Shown: piece by piece, positions 18,611 through 28,550 of the stretch
Numbering within the stretch: the stretch's first letter is position 1
How the letters are laid out: each line of letters begins with the position of its first letter
Position numbers and translations under genes: made by a program
The notes under the pieces: generated by a model
Told to the model about the DNA's origin: nothing
Database searches by the model: none
What the model saw: the letters and a program-made list of their open reading frames with translations, nothing else
Origin: Acidobacteriota bacterium
GTDB taxonomy: Bacteria; Acidobacteriota; UBA6911
Direction: 5' to 3'
DNA length: 64,000 bases
Assembly (NCBI GenBank): GCA_963664705.1
Contig: OY761556.1
Span: 3,872,001-3,936,000 of the forward strand

Positions 18611-19510
18611 CTATTTTTTCACGGAAGACGACAGCTTGCGCACGGCGATTTCGGCCGCACCTGCGACGCTGGCATCTTTGTCAAAGGTCAACGGTCTCAA
18701 ATCTCTTACATTCTTCATATCACCCAGCAGCGCAATCGCCGTTATGGCGCTCTGACGAACTCCGGGGTGCTCATCTTTCAGACTTTTCAGGATATTCGGC
18801 ATGGCCTCCCGAGAACCCATGGCAGCCAGACCTTCGATTGCGGCAGCCCTGATCTCAGGCGCCGGATCCGTCATACAGCTCGTCAGCGCCTTCACGGCAG
18901 CCTCGCTCTTTGCTTTGGTGAGGATTTCGATCCCCTTTTCCTTGTCTTCGATGCTGGCGTTTGCCGTCAAAATCTGCAATGCCTGCTCCGGAGTTTCCAC
19001 CATATTATTGTTCTTGGTCACAACACCTGTCCCAAGATAAAGCAGGCTGGGCTGCTGCACCTGAACGGTCCGGGGATAGATGTGAACGATGGTGATGCGG
19101 TCGGCCGCTGCGCCCTGCCCATATTCAAACATCAGGTTGCTCCCGGAGGCAATTCGCTGGATGGTCTCGGGCAGAGGAACATTCTGGATATGGATGGAGA
19201 CAGTCGGGTTTTCCTGAGTCCTTACCTCAAATACAACGCCTGTCCTTTCCGCCAGTTCGCGAAGAACATCCTGAAGCGAGGCTTCGGTGACATCCGCCGT
19301 CACCATCCCTTCCTCGACTCGCATTTTGATGCTGCCCTTACCCGGGGGCTGCGACTCCGAAGGAGCCGCGGGTGTCGGTGCCACTCCGGGACGCATTCTT
19401 CCAAATCTTGGCCCCTGAAATGCGAACAAGCCCGAACACAGGGTCAATATCATAATAACTGTTGTAATAGAAGTACTTGCAAGAATTCGACGGTGCAAAA
19501 TCCCGCGCAT
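18611..19510 (-). CDS. exported HEAT-repeat protein with STN/secretin-N-like N-terminal domain
   Basis: Signal peptide; SLQDVLRELAERTGVVF; HEAT repeats DPAPEIRAAAIEGL, DEHPGVRQSAITAI, DKDASVAGAA. Confidence 0.8.
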   Translation of the reverse strand: MRGILHRRILASTSITTVIMILTLCSGLFAFQGPRFGRMRPGVAPTPAAPSESQPPGKGSIKMRVEEGMVTADVTEASLQDVLRELAERTGVVFEVRTQENPTVSIHIQNVPLPETIQRIASGSNLMFEYGQGAAADRITIVHIYPRTVQVQQPSLLYLGTGVVTKNNNMVETPEQALQILTANASIEDKEKGIEILTKAKSEAAVKALTSCMTDPAPEIRAAAIEGLAAMGSREAMPNILKSLKDEHPGVRQSAITAIALLGDMKNVRDLRPLTFDKDASVAGAAEIAVRKLSSSVKK

Positions 19511-19556
19511 AAATGCCTCATCACCTGAGACTAAAATTATTTAGATGCATTTTCAT

Positions 19557-19877
19557 TCATTCCGGATTTGGATTTGTGCGGATTTTCATGAATTGGCCAA
19601 AACGATACATCGAGAAGAGGTCCAGCAGCTTTTGATTTGGATTCGCTAGAACGACCTCCCCATTGTTTTCCCGCATCCGTTTATAAAGTCGCAGTATTTC
19701 GCCAACTCCGGAACTGTCGATAAATGGAACTTCTTTGAAGTCGATGACGACCTCCCGCACAGTATCGTCCACTGCGGAATCGAGCCTGCTTTGAAGGACC
19801 GGACAGTACTCAAAGGTAACCTTCCCCCTGATGTAAACGATCCGGCGATCTCCATTAGATTCGACTTGGATGTCCAT
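19557..19877 (-). CDS. STAS-domain anti-sigma factor antagonist
   Basis: VIDFKEVPFIDSSGVG. Confidence 0.9.
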   Translation of the reverse strand: MDIQVESNGDRRIVYIRGKVTFEYCPVLQSRLDSAVDDTVREVVIDFKEVPFIDSSGVGEILRLYKRMRENNGEVVLANPNQKLLDLFSMYRFGQFMKIRTNPNPE

Positions 19878-19930
19878 GGCTATTTAGGCCAAAATACTGT
19901 CACATTTCAATCGCGGGAGCAAGCGCCCTG

Positions 19931-20323
19931 ATGCAAGCCGAGGCCTCGAGATTTGTGGTTCACCAGCACAGGACGGGTCGTTCGCACTATGACTTGCGGA
20001 TTGAGCAGAATGGCGTGCTCCGATCGTGGTCGCTGCTAAAGGAACCTCCCCAGCGGGATGGAGACCGCCGACTTGCAATTGAACGGGAGAGTTACTCCCT
20101 GGATTCAATCGACAGCCATCACTATGAAGAAGAAGCTTTCGGCATGGGGCGGGTTTCGCCTTGGGATCGCGGAGAGGCGCACATCGAGGTGGCTTCGGCG
20201 AAAATCCTGCGCGTGTCCTTTGCCGGGGAAAGAATCGCAGGGCAATATGAATTCCGACGCATGCGCTGGTATCCGGGAAATCGCTGGCTGCTTACAAAAT
20301 TGCGCTCGAGCCCTTCCAAATGA
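19931..20323 (+). CDS. stand-alone LigD 3'-phosphoesterase-like domain protein
   Basis: FVVHQH...HYDLRIE..GVLRSW...RLAI...G.GRV..WDRG. Confidence 0.8.
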   Translation: MQAEASRFVVHQHRTGRSHYDLRIEQNGVLRSWSLLKEPPQRDGDRRLAIERESYSLDSIDSHHYEEEAFGMGRVSPWDRGEAHIEVASAKILRVSFAGERIAGQYEFRRMRWYPGNRWLLTKLRSSPSK

Positions 20324-20534
20324 ACCACAAAGTCCCCGCGCGCTGTAACCAACAACCTACTTCTGCTTTGCACGGATTTGCCTTGACAGACTGCCCCTGT
20401 CCATTAGAACCTTAACTTCAAAACAACTTGGCGAGAATGGTTCCCGAATCGCTCGTCGGAGGCTTGAACGCATAACGACTACAATCAGAACTGTCGTTGA
20501 GGGAATGTTTTATTTTTCCAGGGAGTAAATACCT

Positions 20535-21623
20535 ATGACCTGTATTACTCAAAAACAGATCCGAAAGATTGCCGCTCTGGCTGTCGCGGTTCTCATGTTG
20601 GGTGGAAGTGCCAGTCTATTTGCGCAGATCTCGCCTATTTCTGATTATCAGTACAAAAAAGACTTCCCCCAATATGACGCAATCAAAAAAGAAGCGGATG
20701 TCCAGAAGCGGGCCGACGCTTTGCTCGCATTCATAAAAGCGCGTCCCGTCTCGAAAATTTTGCCATTTGCCGCAGCCGACTATCTGGCCTGCGCCCAGCC
20801 GCTCCTGGCTCAAAAGGACTGGGCAAAAGCCATTGCGATGGAAGAGGCATTGCTGGCGGCGCTGCCGACTCCGGAAGTTGCGAAAGCAGCGATTCCGGAG
20901 GGTGTGACGCCTGGATTTGATGATTTCATGAAAGAGCAGCTCGTGCCCACCCAGAAATCAATTTACCAGGCTCTGCTCACAACCTATTACCAATCGCAGA
21001 ACCTCCCCAAGGCGGCGGAAGCGGCGGAAAAGCTGTATGCGCTCAGCCCGGATAAAGAAATTCTCGATCTTCTGGCAAGGATAAACCTGGGCATGAAGAA
21101 CCTCGACAAATATCTGGAATATGCCCAGAAAATAATGGCAGACACTCCGATGGAACAGGGGTATGCCACAGCGCTTCAGATGGCGCAGGTGTATATCGAG
21201 AAGCAAAACGTTCCCAAGGCAACCGAACTGCTTTCCAAAATCATGGAAGTGTACGGCGACAAGGTGCCGCCCAACGTTCCGGAAGCCCAATGGAAGGCAA
21301 CAAGGGCATTTGCCTACGGCGTGATTGCCAGCAGCGTTTATGCGACAAAAGATTATGCGAAGGCAATGGATCTTTATGGAAAAGTCGCCGCCAATGACCC
21401 GACAAGAGAAGATGCACATTACTATATCGGAATGTCCAAGTGGCAGACAAAGGATCCGGAAGGCGCCATTGAAGCCTTCGCCCGATGTGTGGTGCTGAAT
21501 AAGAATTTGGCAAAAAAGGCACAGGGATATCTCGAGGATTTATACAAAGCTCGACACAATAACACTCTGGACGGTCTTGATCAGGTATTGGCTAAGGCTA
21601 AAGCCGATCTGGGCATTAAGTAA
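20535..21623 (+). CDS. exported TPR protein
   Basis: Signal peptide, helical TPR-like repeats (DAHYYIGMS). Confidence 0.8.
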   Translation: MTCITQKQIRKIAALAVAVLMLGGSASLFAQISPISDYQYKKDFPQYDAIKKEADVQKRADALLAFIKARPVSKILPFAAADYLACAQPLLAQKDWAKAIAMEEALLAALPTPEVAKAAIPEGVTPGFDDFMKEQLVPTQKSIYQALLTTYYQSQNLPKAAEAAEKLYALSPDKEILDLLARINLGMKNLDKYLEYAQKIMADTPMEQGYATALQMAQVYIEKQNVPKATELLSKIMEVYGDKVPPNVPEAQWKATRAFAYGVIASSVYATKDYAKAMDLYGKVAANDPTREDAHYYIGMSKWQTKDPEGAIEAFARCVVLNKNLAKKAQGYLEDLYKARHNNTLDGLDQVLAKAKADLGIK

Positions 21624-21643
21624 ACAAGCAGCTATCCATTCCG

Positions 21644-21702
21644 GTAGAGGCCGGGTCCCGATCCTTCGGTGGATCATGTTTACGGGGGAACCCGGCCTCT
21701 GC
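21644..21702. repeat. GC-rich palindrome starting with GTAG (REP-like) upstream of rho
   Basis: GTAGAGGCCGGGT pairs with ACCCGGCCTCTGC; inner GATCC-TTCGGT-GGATC; no U-tract. Confidence 0.5.
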
Positions 21703-21846
21703 AATCCCGCCTGATCTGATCCAATCGTTCAATGAGAGAATGAACTGGTATTTTTCTTAAGCCAGGTGTAGATTGAAGTTCTCCAGTGGTAAGGAATCCA
21801 CTCAGAAGCATGCACCGGCTCAGATCTCATCCCAAATAGGAGTAAC

Positions 21847-23184
21847 ATGGCAGACAAGGACACCCGGTTGAATAACGTTCCTGGCGATAAAAAGATCACC
21901 ATCCAGGAAGCACTGGACAAGGAAGGGGAACAACTTCACATTAGTGAATTGCAGGCCCTCAACATTAAAGATCTGTCCAAAATTGCCAAGAAATACAAGA
22001 TTGCAGAGGCAGGCAAAATGGTTAAGCAGGATCTCATTTTTGCCGTCCTGCAGGCTCAGGCCGAAAAACATGGTCTCATCTTCTCCGAAGGGGTGCTTGA
22101 AGTCCTCCCCGAAGGCTATGGCTTCCTGAGGTCTCCCGACTATAGCTATTTGCCTGGCCCGGATGATATCTACATCTCCCCTTCGCAGATTCGCAAGTTC
22201 GACCTTCGAACCGGCGATATTGTATCGGGGCAGATTCGCATGCCCAATGAAGGTGAACGCTATCTCGCCCTGGTAAAGGTCGACGCGGTTAATTTCGAGC
22301 CACCGGAAGAGGCGCGGCATCGCATTTTCTACGACAACCTGACGCCGCTATATCCACAGGAGAGAATCCGTCTCGAGACCATCCGGGAAAACCTCTCTGC
22401 CCGCGTTATGGATATCTTTACCCCGATCGGAAAGGGTCAGCGTGGCCTGATCGTATCTCCACCCCGAACGGGCAAGACCATGCTGCTGCAGAATATCGCC
22501 AACTCGATCAGCACAAACCACCCCGAAATCTATCTGATTGTTTTGCTGATCGATGAGCGCCCGGAAGAAGTAACCGACATGGAACGATCGGTCAAAGGCG
22601 AAGTCATCAGCTCCACATTCGATGAACCGGCTTCGCGACATGTCCAGGTCGCTGAAATTGTCATGGAAAAGGCAAAGCGGCTTGTGGAGCATAAAAAAGA
22701 TGTGGTCATCCTGCTCGACAGCATCACGCGACTGGCGCGCGCCTACAACACCGTCGTCCCGTCAAGTGGCAAAGTGCTATCGGGCGGCGTCGATGCCAAT
22801 GCCCTGGAAAAACCGAAGCGCTTTTTCGGAGCAGCCAGAAAGATCGAGGAGGGGGGCAGTCTGACCATCATGGCCACCGCACTGATTGATACGGGAAGCC
22901 GTATGGATGACGTGATCTTTGAGGAGTTCAAGGGCACCGGCAATATGGAAATTATTCTCGACCGGAAACTCGTGGACAAACGCATCTTCCCCGCCATCGA
23001 TATCAACCGATCCGGAACGCGAAAGGAAGAACTCCTGGTAGATGGCTCCGACCTTAACAAGATCTGGATCCTCCGGAAGGTGCTGAACCCGCTCTCGATT
23101 GATGAAGCGATGGACCTGCTTCTGGATAAACTCCGAAAGTCGGAAAACAACTCCGAATTCCTAACATCGCTGAACAAAGGGTAG
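21847..23184 (+). CDS. rho: transcription termination factor Rho
   Basis: [53 protein letters not shown]. Confidence 0.98.
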   Translation: MADKDTRLNNVPGDKKITIQEALDKEGEQLHISELQALNIKDLSKIAKKYKIAEAGKMVKQDLIFAVLQAQAEKHGLIFSEGVLEVLPEGYGFLRSPDYSYLPGPDDIYISPSQIRKFDLRTGDIVSGQIRMPNEGERYLALVKVDAVNFEPPEEARHRIFYDNLTPLYPQERIRLETIRENLSARVMDIFTPIGKGQRGLIVSPPRTGKTMLLQNIANSISTNHPEIYLIVLLIDERPEEVTDMERSVKGEVISSTFDEPASRHVQVAEIVMEKAKRLVEHKKDVVILLDSITRLARAYNTVVPSSGKVLSGGVDANALEKPKRFFGAARKIEEGGSLTIMATALIDTGSRMDDVIFEEFKGTGNMEIILDRKLVDKRIFPAIDINRSGTRKEELLVDGSDLNKIWILRKVLNPLSIDEAMDLLLDKLRKSENNSEFLTSLNKG

Positions 23185-23206
23185 CCCGGACTATTGTCCG
23201 TAAAAA

Positions 23207-23249
23207 AATGCCACGAATGCCACGAATTATCGTGTAATTCGTGGCATTT
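23207..23249. repeat. empty inverted element of 9-mer repeats after rho
   Basis: AATGCCACG-AATGCCACG-AATT, loop, AATTCGTGGCATTT. Confidence 0.7.
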
Positions 23250-23267
23250 CTATTTTGGCCGGGATAT

Positions 23268-23296
23268 TTGACTTGCAGTGGGCTGTTCACTAATAT
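23268..23296 (+). promoter_or_regulatory. putative sigma-70 promoter of the moxR-bat operon
   Basis: TTGACT-17 nt-TAATAT. Confidence 0.45.
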
Positions 23297-23341
23297 GATT
23301 TTTTTCAAATACTTAAGGATTAAACTCCAATCGAGGGCACC

Positions 23342-24334
23342 GTGGAACTTGCTGCGCATGTCAATGAGATCAACCAGAAAGTCAGAAACGAGGGTGGCTT
23401 TGTCGAACAACTGATCGGCGAAGTGCATCGCGTTATCGTCGGTCAGAAATACATGATCGAGCGCCTTCTGATCGGCCTGCTCACACGAGGCCACGTCCTG
23501 CTGGAGGGGGTCCCCGGCCTGGCCAAGACTCTTGCGATCAAGACTCTTTCCTCGGCAATCAACACCAAATTCCAGCGTATTCAGTTCACGCCGGATCTGC
23601 TGCCGGCAGATCTGATCGGAACCATGATCTACAACCAGAAGGACGGCACATTCTCGCCCAAGAAAGGGCCGGTCTTTGCCAACCTGGTTCTTGCGGATGA
23701 AATCAACCGAGCTCCAGCCAAGGTTCAAAGCGCCTTGCTCGAAGCCATGCAGGAAAGACAGGTAACCATCGGAGAAACAACATACCCGCTGGAAGAACCA
23801 TTCCTGGTTCTTGCAACCCAGAATCCGATTGAACAGGAAGGAACCTATCCGCTACCAGAAGCTCAAATCGATCGATTTATGCTCAAGCTCAGAATTGACT
23901 ATCCCGACCAGAAGGAAGAGCGCCAGATATTGGACTTGATGGCCCAGGATAATCCCATTTCTGTTTCAAAAGTGGTAACGCCATCGGACATTGTCCGCGT
24001 GCGGGAGGTCGTCAAAGAGGTTTATATGGACGATCGAATCAAGGACTATATCGTCCAACTGGTATTCGCGACTCGCAAACCGCACGAATTCAAGCTGGAT
24101 ATCAAAGACCTTATCCAGTTCGGGGCTTCGCCGAGAGCCACGATCTACCTCGCACAGGCTTCGCGCGCCCATGCTTTCATCAAGGGTCGCGGATATGTCA
24201 CCCCGGAGGATATTAAAGCCGTAGGCATGGATGTCCTCCGTCATAGAGTGATTCTGACATACGAAGCCGAGGCCGAGGAGGTTACTCCGGAATCTGTCAT
24301 TACCAGGATTTTCGATGCCGTCCAAGTCCCGTAA
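23342..24334 (+). CDS. moxR: MoxR family AAA+ ATPase
   Basis: GVPGLAKT, RIQFTPDLLPAD, LADEINR, ATQNPIEQEGTYPLPEAQIDRF, GASPR. Confidence 0.96.
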   Translation: MELAAHVNEINQKVRNEGGFVEQLIGEVHRVIVGQKYMIERLLIGLLTRGHVLLEGVPGLAKTLAIKTLSSAINTKFQRIQFTPDLLPADLIGTMIYNQKDGTFSPKKGPVFANLVLADEINRAPAKVQSALLEAMQERQVTIGETTYPLEEPFLVLATQNPIEQEGTYPLPEAQIDRFMLKLRIDYPDQKEERQILDLMAQDNPISVSKVVTPSDIVRVREVVKEVYMDDRIKDYIVQLVFATRKPHEFKLDIKDLIQFGASPRATIYLAQASRAHAFIKGRGYVTPEDIKAVGMDVLRHRVILTYEAEAEEVTPESVITRIFDAVQVP

Positions 24335-24335
24335 C

Positions 24336-24495
24336 AAAATTACGAATTACGGATGACGAATGACGAATTGAAACAAAAATCCGGGCAGTGACATCATCCG
24401 AACTATTTAGCTTCTGAGCCCGGTGACAAACAAATGGAAGAATGAAACATTGAATCAGCCTCCGGTATCTGAGTTCATTCGTAATTCGTAATTTT
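24336..24495 (+). mobile_element. element with 7-mer-repeat inverted arms and a decayed four-helix-bundle-like interior, inside the bat operon
   Basis: AAAATTACGAATTACGGATGACGAATGACGAATT ... TCATTCGTAATTCGTAATTTT; interior starts MTNDELKQK and is then disrupted. Confidence 0.6.
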
Positions 24496-24500
24496 TGACT

Positions 24501-25379
24501 ATGTTGCCAAAGGAAGTAATTAACAGAATCAGGCGGATACAAATAACTACCAATCGCCTTGTGAATGAGTCCCTGGCGGGCGAATACCATTCTGTCTTCA
24601 AAGGTCGCGGAATGGAATTCGATGAAGTCCGGGAATACCAGCATGGCGACGACATCCGATCCATTGACTGGAATGTCACATCGAGAACTGGCCGTCCTTT
24701 CGTAAAACGCTACGTGGAGGAACGCGAACTGACGGTCATGCTGCTGGTCGATATGAGCGCGTCGGGCGCTTTTGGCTCGGTGGACAAAACCAAATCGGAA
24801 ATCGCTGCCGAGATTTCCGCCTTGATCGCTTTCTCAGCCATAAAAAACAACGATCGCGTGGGGGCTATTCTTTTTACAGATCGAGTGGAGAAGTTTATCC
24901 CTCCGCGCCGGGGCAGCACTCATGTACTGCGTGTGGTGCGAGAAGTGCTCTTTTACAGACCAGAGCACAGGGGCACGCAAATCCAGGAAGCGTTTGATCA
25001 TCTGAACCTCGTGATTCACAAGCGCTCAGTGGTATTCCTGATTTCCGATCTGCTCGATCAGGGATTTGAGCAATCCCTGAAAGTCGCCAACAGAAAACAT
25101 GACGTCGTTATCATTCAAATTATCGATCCCAGGGAAAAAGAGCTGCCCGACGCGGGCATTGTCGAACTAAGAGATGCCGAGACCGGGGAAATCGCCTGCA
25201 TTGATACTTCCCTGCCCTGGGTACGCAGCGCTTTCCGGGAAAATTGGGAGAAAAATCAGGGAAGGCTTTTTAAGCTCTTCAACTCCCATCAAATGGATCA
25301 TGTCACTATAGAAACGGGCAAGCCTTACGACGTTTCATTAATCCGATTTTTTAAGGAGCGGGCTCAAAAGGCCAGGTGA
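24501..25379 (+). CDS. DUF58 domain protein
   Basis: SVFKGRGMEFDEVREY..GDDIRSIDWNVT, VDMSAS, ISD. Confidence 0.95.
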   Translation: MLPKEVINRIRRIQITTNRLVNESLAGEYHSVFKGRGMEFDEVREYQHGDDIRSIDWNVTSRTGRPFVKRYVEERELTVMLLVDMSASGAFGSVDKTKSEIAAEISALIAFSAIKNNDRVGAILFTDRVEKFIPPRRGSTHVLRVVREVLFYRPEHRGTQIQEAFDHLNLVIHKRSVVFLISDLLDQGFEQSLKVANRKHDVVIIQIIDPREKELPDAGIVELRDAETGEIACIDTSLPWVRSAFRENWEKNQGRLFKLFNSHQMDHVTIETGKPYDVSLIRFFKERAQKAR

Positions 25380-25428
25380 TTTCGTGCTGCATCAGCGATG
25401 GTCGGAACTCAACACAGAGGCTTTATTG

Positions 25429-26451
25429 ATGGGGCGGCTGCTGATACTGGCAATTTTGTTCTTTGCACCAGCAGCCTGGACTGCGGAGCCGCAAATTCCC
25501 GATCAATCCCGGTCCGCTCTTCCTCCGGGACTAACGATTCAAATCAAGGCTTCCCCGCAGCCGGCTACCGTGGGAGACGCGATCCCGCTGGAAATGGACA
25601 TCTCCATGCCGTCGGGCTACCAGGCTGAAAAGCCCGTTCTCGGAAAACAATTGGGCGATTTCACCATCCTGGGATTTGAAACAGAACCCTCAACGCAAAA
25701 GCAGGGCACGACGGGCGAGTCAGCCCATTACAAGGCTCGTATTACCGCTGCCGCCTACCGGACGGGGATGCTGGAATTCCCGTCTGTTCAAGTACAGGTC
25801 CGCTCACCCGAAGGCAAATTCCTCACGATAGACAGCACGCCGGTCAGAATAACTATTCGAAGTGTTTTATCTGAAAAGGATCGGAATCTGAGCGAACTGA
25901 AAAAGCAGGCAGAGATGCCGGAACCTGTCCGCTGGGGATTATGGATCGGCATTATCGTCGCCCTGGGGATTTTGTCCGCCCTGATCTGGGTTCTCTGGAA
26001 GCGGCGCAGGAAGAAATTGCCCACCATCCCGACACTGCCGCCGAAGGATATACTCGATATAGCCGAAAGCGAGTTGCGCGCATTAATGGAAGAAGGGAGA
26101 CCGACTGGAGCGCGCGTAAAACCTTATTATGTACGCCTGTCTAACATTGCGAAAACCATGCTCGAAGCCGGCTACCGCATTCATGCTTCGGAACAAACGA
26201 CTTCGGAAATCATGGAGGTCCTGAACTCCCTGCCGGAGAGTAAAGCTGAGGATCTGCAAAAGGTTGAGACCCTTTTGCAGCACTGCGACCTTGTTAAATT
26301 CGCAAAGTATGTGCCCACGGATCAGGAACACGACACCACAATAAACGAAACTCAAGGCATTCTGAAGCTATGCAGGTATCTGGTCGCCGGCAGACAGGTA
26401 CCGCCCGTCAATGAAACTCAACCCATGCTCAAGGAAGCAAAGGAGACATAG
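25429..26451 (+). CDS. bat-operon membrane protein (DUF4381/BatD-like)
   Basis: Signal peptide, Ig-like region, TM followed by KRRRKK, EQTTSE, CDLVKFAK. Confidence 0.8.
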   Translation: MGRLLILAILFFAPAAWTAEPQIPDQSRSALPPGLTIQIKASPQPATVGDAIPLEMDISMPSGYQAEKPVLGKQLGDFTILGFETEPSTQKQGTTGESAHYKARITAAAYRTGMLEFPSVQVQVRSPEGKFLTIDSTPVRITIRSVLSEKDRNLSELKKQAEMPEPVRWGLWIGIIVALGILSALIWVLWKRRRKKLPTIPTLPPKDILDIAESELRALMEEGRPTGARVKPYYVRLSNIAKTMLEAGYRIHASEQTTSEIMEVLNSLPESKAEDLQKVETLLQHCDLVKFAKYVPTDQEHDTTINETQGILKLCRYLVAGRQVPPVNETQPMLKEAKET

Positions 26452-27443
26452 TGCTGCATTTGGCAAATCCCGGCTTCCTGTGGCTGCTTCTCCTGATCCC
26501 GCTCCTTGTGTATATGTACGCCCGGCGTGTACGAAACGGCCAGGGCAGTCTTCAATTTGCATCCACGCTGGCACTTGAAGGGACAAAATCGTCCTGGTCA
26601 ATTTATGTACGGCACATCCTGTTCGGGATGAATATGCTTGCTCTGGTTCTGGCGATCATCGCAATGACCCGCCCGCAAAGGGGCACTCAATCCGAGGAGG
26701 TCCTCACCGAAGGCGTCGATATCATTGTCGCGCTTGATGCATCCGGCAGCATGGCAGCCGAGGATTTTGAACCACACAACCGTTTTTTTGTCGCCAAATC
26801 CGTCGTCAATAAATTTGTCGAGGGCTTGCAGCATGACAGGATAGGTCTCGTGGTTTTTGCCGCCAAAGCCTTTACGCGCTGCCCCCTGACGATAGACTAC
26901 GGTGTTCTGCATAGCGTACTTGATAATGCAGAGTTGGGTTCCATCGAGGATGGAACGGCCATCGGAACTGCACTGGCAACCGGCCTCAATCGCCTGCGCA
27001 ACAGCAAGTCCAAATCCAAGGTGATTATCCTTGTTACCGATGGTGTGAATAACCGGGGCGAAGTGCAGCCGCTTGATGCAGCCAACATGGCCCGCGCGCT
27101 TGGCGTCAAAGTCTACACGGTAGGGGTTGGATCTTCCGGAACCGCGAGAATCCCCGTAAATGACCCGGTGTACGGTAGGATCTATGCAAACATGCAAGTG
27201 GAAATCGATGAAGCCTCGCTCAAACAGATCGCCCAAATGACCGGGGGACTTTATTATCGGGCCACCGACAGGCCCTCACTCGAAAAAATTTTCGAAGACA
27301 TATCACGGCTGGAAAAAACTAAAATCAAGGTAAAAAGCTACACGCATTATAACGAACGGTTTGCCGGCCTTCTCTGGCCCGCATTGATGCTTGTTTTGTT
27401 TGGAACCATTGCCGGCTTTACCCGGTTCGGGAAAATACCTTAA
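26451..27443 (+). CDS. batA: VWA domain protein BatA
   Basis: N-terminal PGFLWLL, MIDAS DASGS, GTAIG, LVTDG, IDEASL. Confidence 0.92.
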   Translation: MLHLANPGFLWLLLLIPLLVYMYARRVRNGQGSLQFASTLALEGTKSSWSIYVRHILFGMNMLALVLAIIAMTRPQRGTQSEEVLTEGVDIIVALDASGSMAAEDFEPHNRFFVAKSVVNKFVEGLQHDRIGLVVFAAKAFTRCPLTIDYGVLHSVLDNAELGSIEDGTAIGTALATGLNRLRNSKSKSKVIILVTDGVNNRGEVQPLDAANMARALGVKVYTVGVGSSGTARIPVNDPVYGRIYANMQVEIDEASLKQIAQMTGGLYYRATDRPSLEKIFEDISRLEKTKIKVKSYTHYNERFAGLLWPALMLVLFGTIAGFTRFGKIP

Positions 27444-27455
27444 AGGCAGTGCGTG

Positions 27456-27508
27456 GTGGTCAGCCGGCAGTCTCCCCTGCCGGCTGACCACTGCCGATTG
27501 ACTACTGA
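27456..27508. repeat. empty inverted element of 7-mer repeats between batA and batB
   Basis: Perfect 15-bp stem GTGGTCAGCCGGCAG / CTGCCGGCTGACCAC; units CTGCCGG-CTGACCA-CTGCCGA-TTGACTA. Confidence 0.72.
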
Positions 27509-27509
27509 T

Positions 27510-28550
27510 ATGCAATTTGCCAGACCTGAATATCTGAATCTGTTATGGGCCATTCCAGCGCTTGGCGTTTTTTTCTATTGGGCATTCCGCATGCGTCGAC
27601 GCAAGCTTGAGAAGATAGTAAGCAGCGTACTGGCTCCCAGGCTTACGGATCAGCACAGTCAGGGAAAGGCTGTTTTGAGAGCGTGTTTCCTGCTCGGGTT
27701 CTTCCTGTTTGGAATTCTCGCTGCGGCGCGTCCGCAATGGGGTACGCGGCTTGAAACCGTGCACCGACATGGCGTTGATCTCATCGCGGCACTTGATACT
27801 TCCTATAGCATGAATACGGAGGATGTGGCACCCAACCGTATGGAAAAGAGCAAAGGCGAGATTCGCCACCTCCTTCGAAAGCTGGAAGGGGACCGCGTCG
27901 GGCTTGTCACGTTTGCAGGGGCGGCAATAGTACAGTGTCCTTTAACTCTGGACCAGGGAGCGATGGAATTATTTCTCGACGTGGCAAATGCGGGAGTGAT
28001 TCCCGAGCCAGGGACCTCGCTGGCCTCCGCGATTGAAACGGCGACCTCTGCATTCATTGAAAAGGAAAGAAAGTACAAGGTGCTGGTTCTGTTCACGGAT
28101 GGGGAAGATCTGGAAGGACAGGTCGAGCAGGCCATCCGGAAAGCCCGGGAGGCAGGCGTCGTTATCTATACGGTAGGGATCGGAACACCTCAAGGCAAGC
28201 CGATCCCGATTCGAGACTCCAAAGGGGATATTGTAGAATACCGAAAGGATCCCGGTGGCAAAGTTGTGGTAAGCAGCCTTGACGAGAGATCGCTCGCCGA
28301 AATCGCATCGCAGACAGGCGGGCGTTATTTCCGGGCGACCACTTCAGAAAATGAAATAGACGCGCTGGCCTCCGACATCGGCGGACTGGAGAAAAAAGAG
28401 CTGGAATCAAAGCTGTTTCAGAATTACGAGGACAAGTTTCAGTATCCATTGGCAGTTGCCATTCTTTTCCTGATAGGAGAAGCCTGGCTCACCGAAAAGC
28501 GCCGGTCCGGAAGATCGTGGATTGGCAGACTCAGGCAGCTTCATTCATGA
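27510..28550 (+). CDS. batB: VWA domain protein BatB
   Basis: MQFARPEYL, ARPQWG, DTSYS, DVAPNR, FTDGED. Confidence 0.92.
   Translation: MQFARPEYLNLLWAIPALGVFFYWAFRMRRRKLEKIVSSVLAPRLTDQHSQGKAVLRACFLLGFFLFGILAAARPQWGTRLETVHRHGVDLIAALDTSYSMNTEDVAPNRMEKSKGEIRHLLRKLEGDRVGLVTFAGAAIVQCPLTLDQGAMELFLDVANAGVIPEPGTSLASAIETATSAFIEKERKYKVLVLFTDGEDLEGQVEQAIRKAREAGVVIYTVGIGTPQGKPIPIRDSKGDIVEYRKDPGGKVVVSSLDERSLAEIASQTGGRYFRATTSENEIDALASDIGGLEKKELESKLFQNYEDKFQYPLAVAILFLIGEAWLTEKRRSGRSWIGRLRQLHS

Noticed and set aside
20324-20534. ncRNA in the 210-bp gap before the TPR gene
   Set aside because: Only a TTGACA and weak stems; no recognisable RNA family
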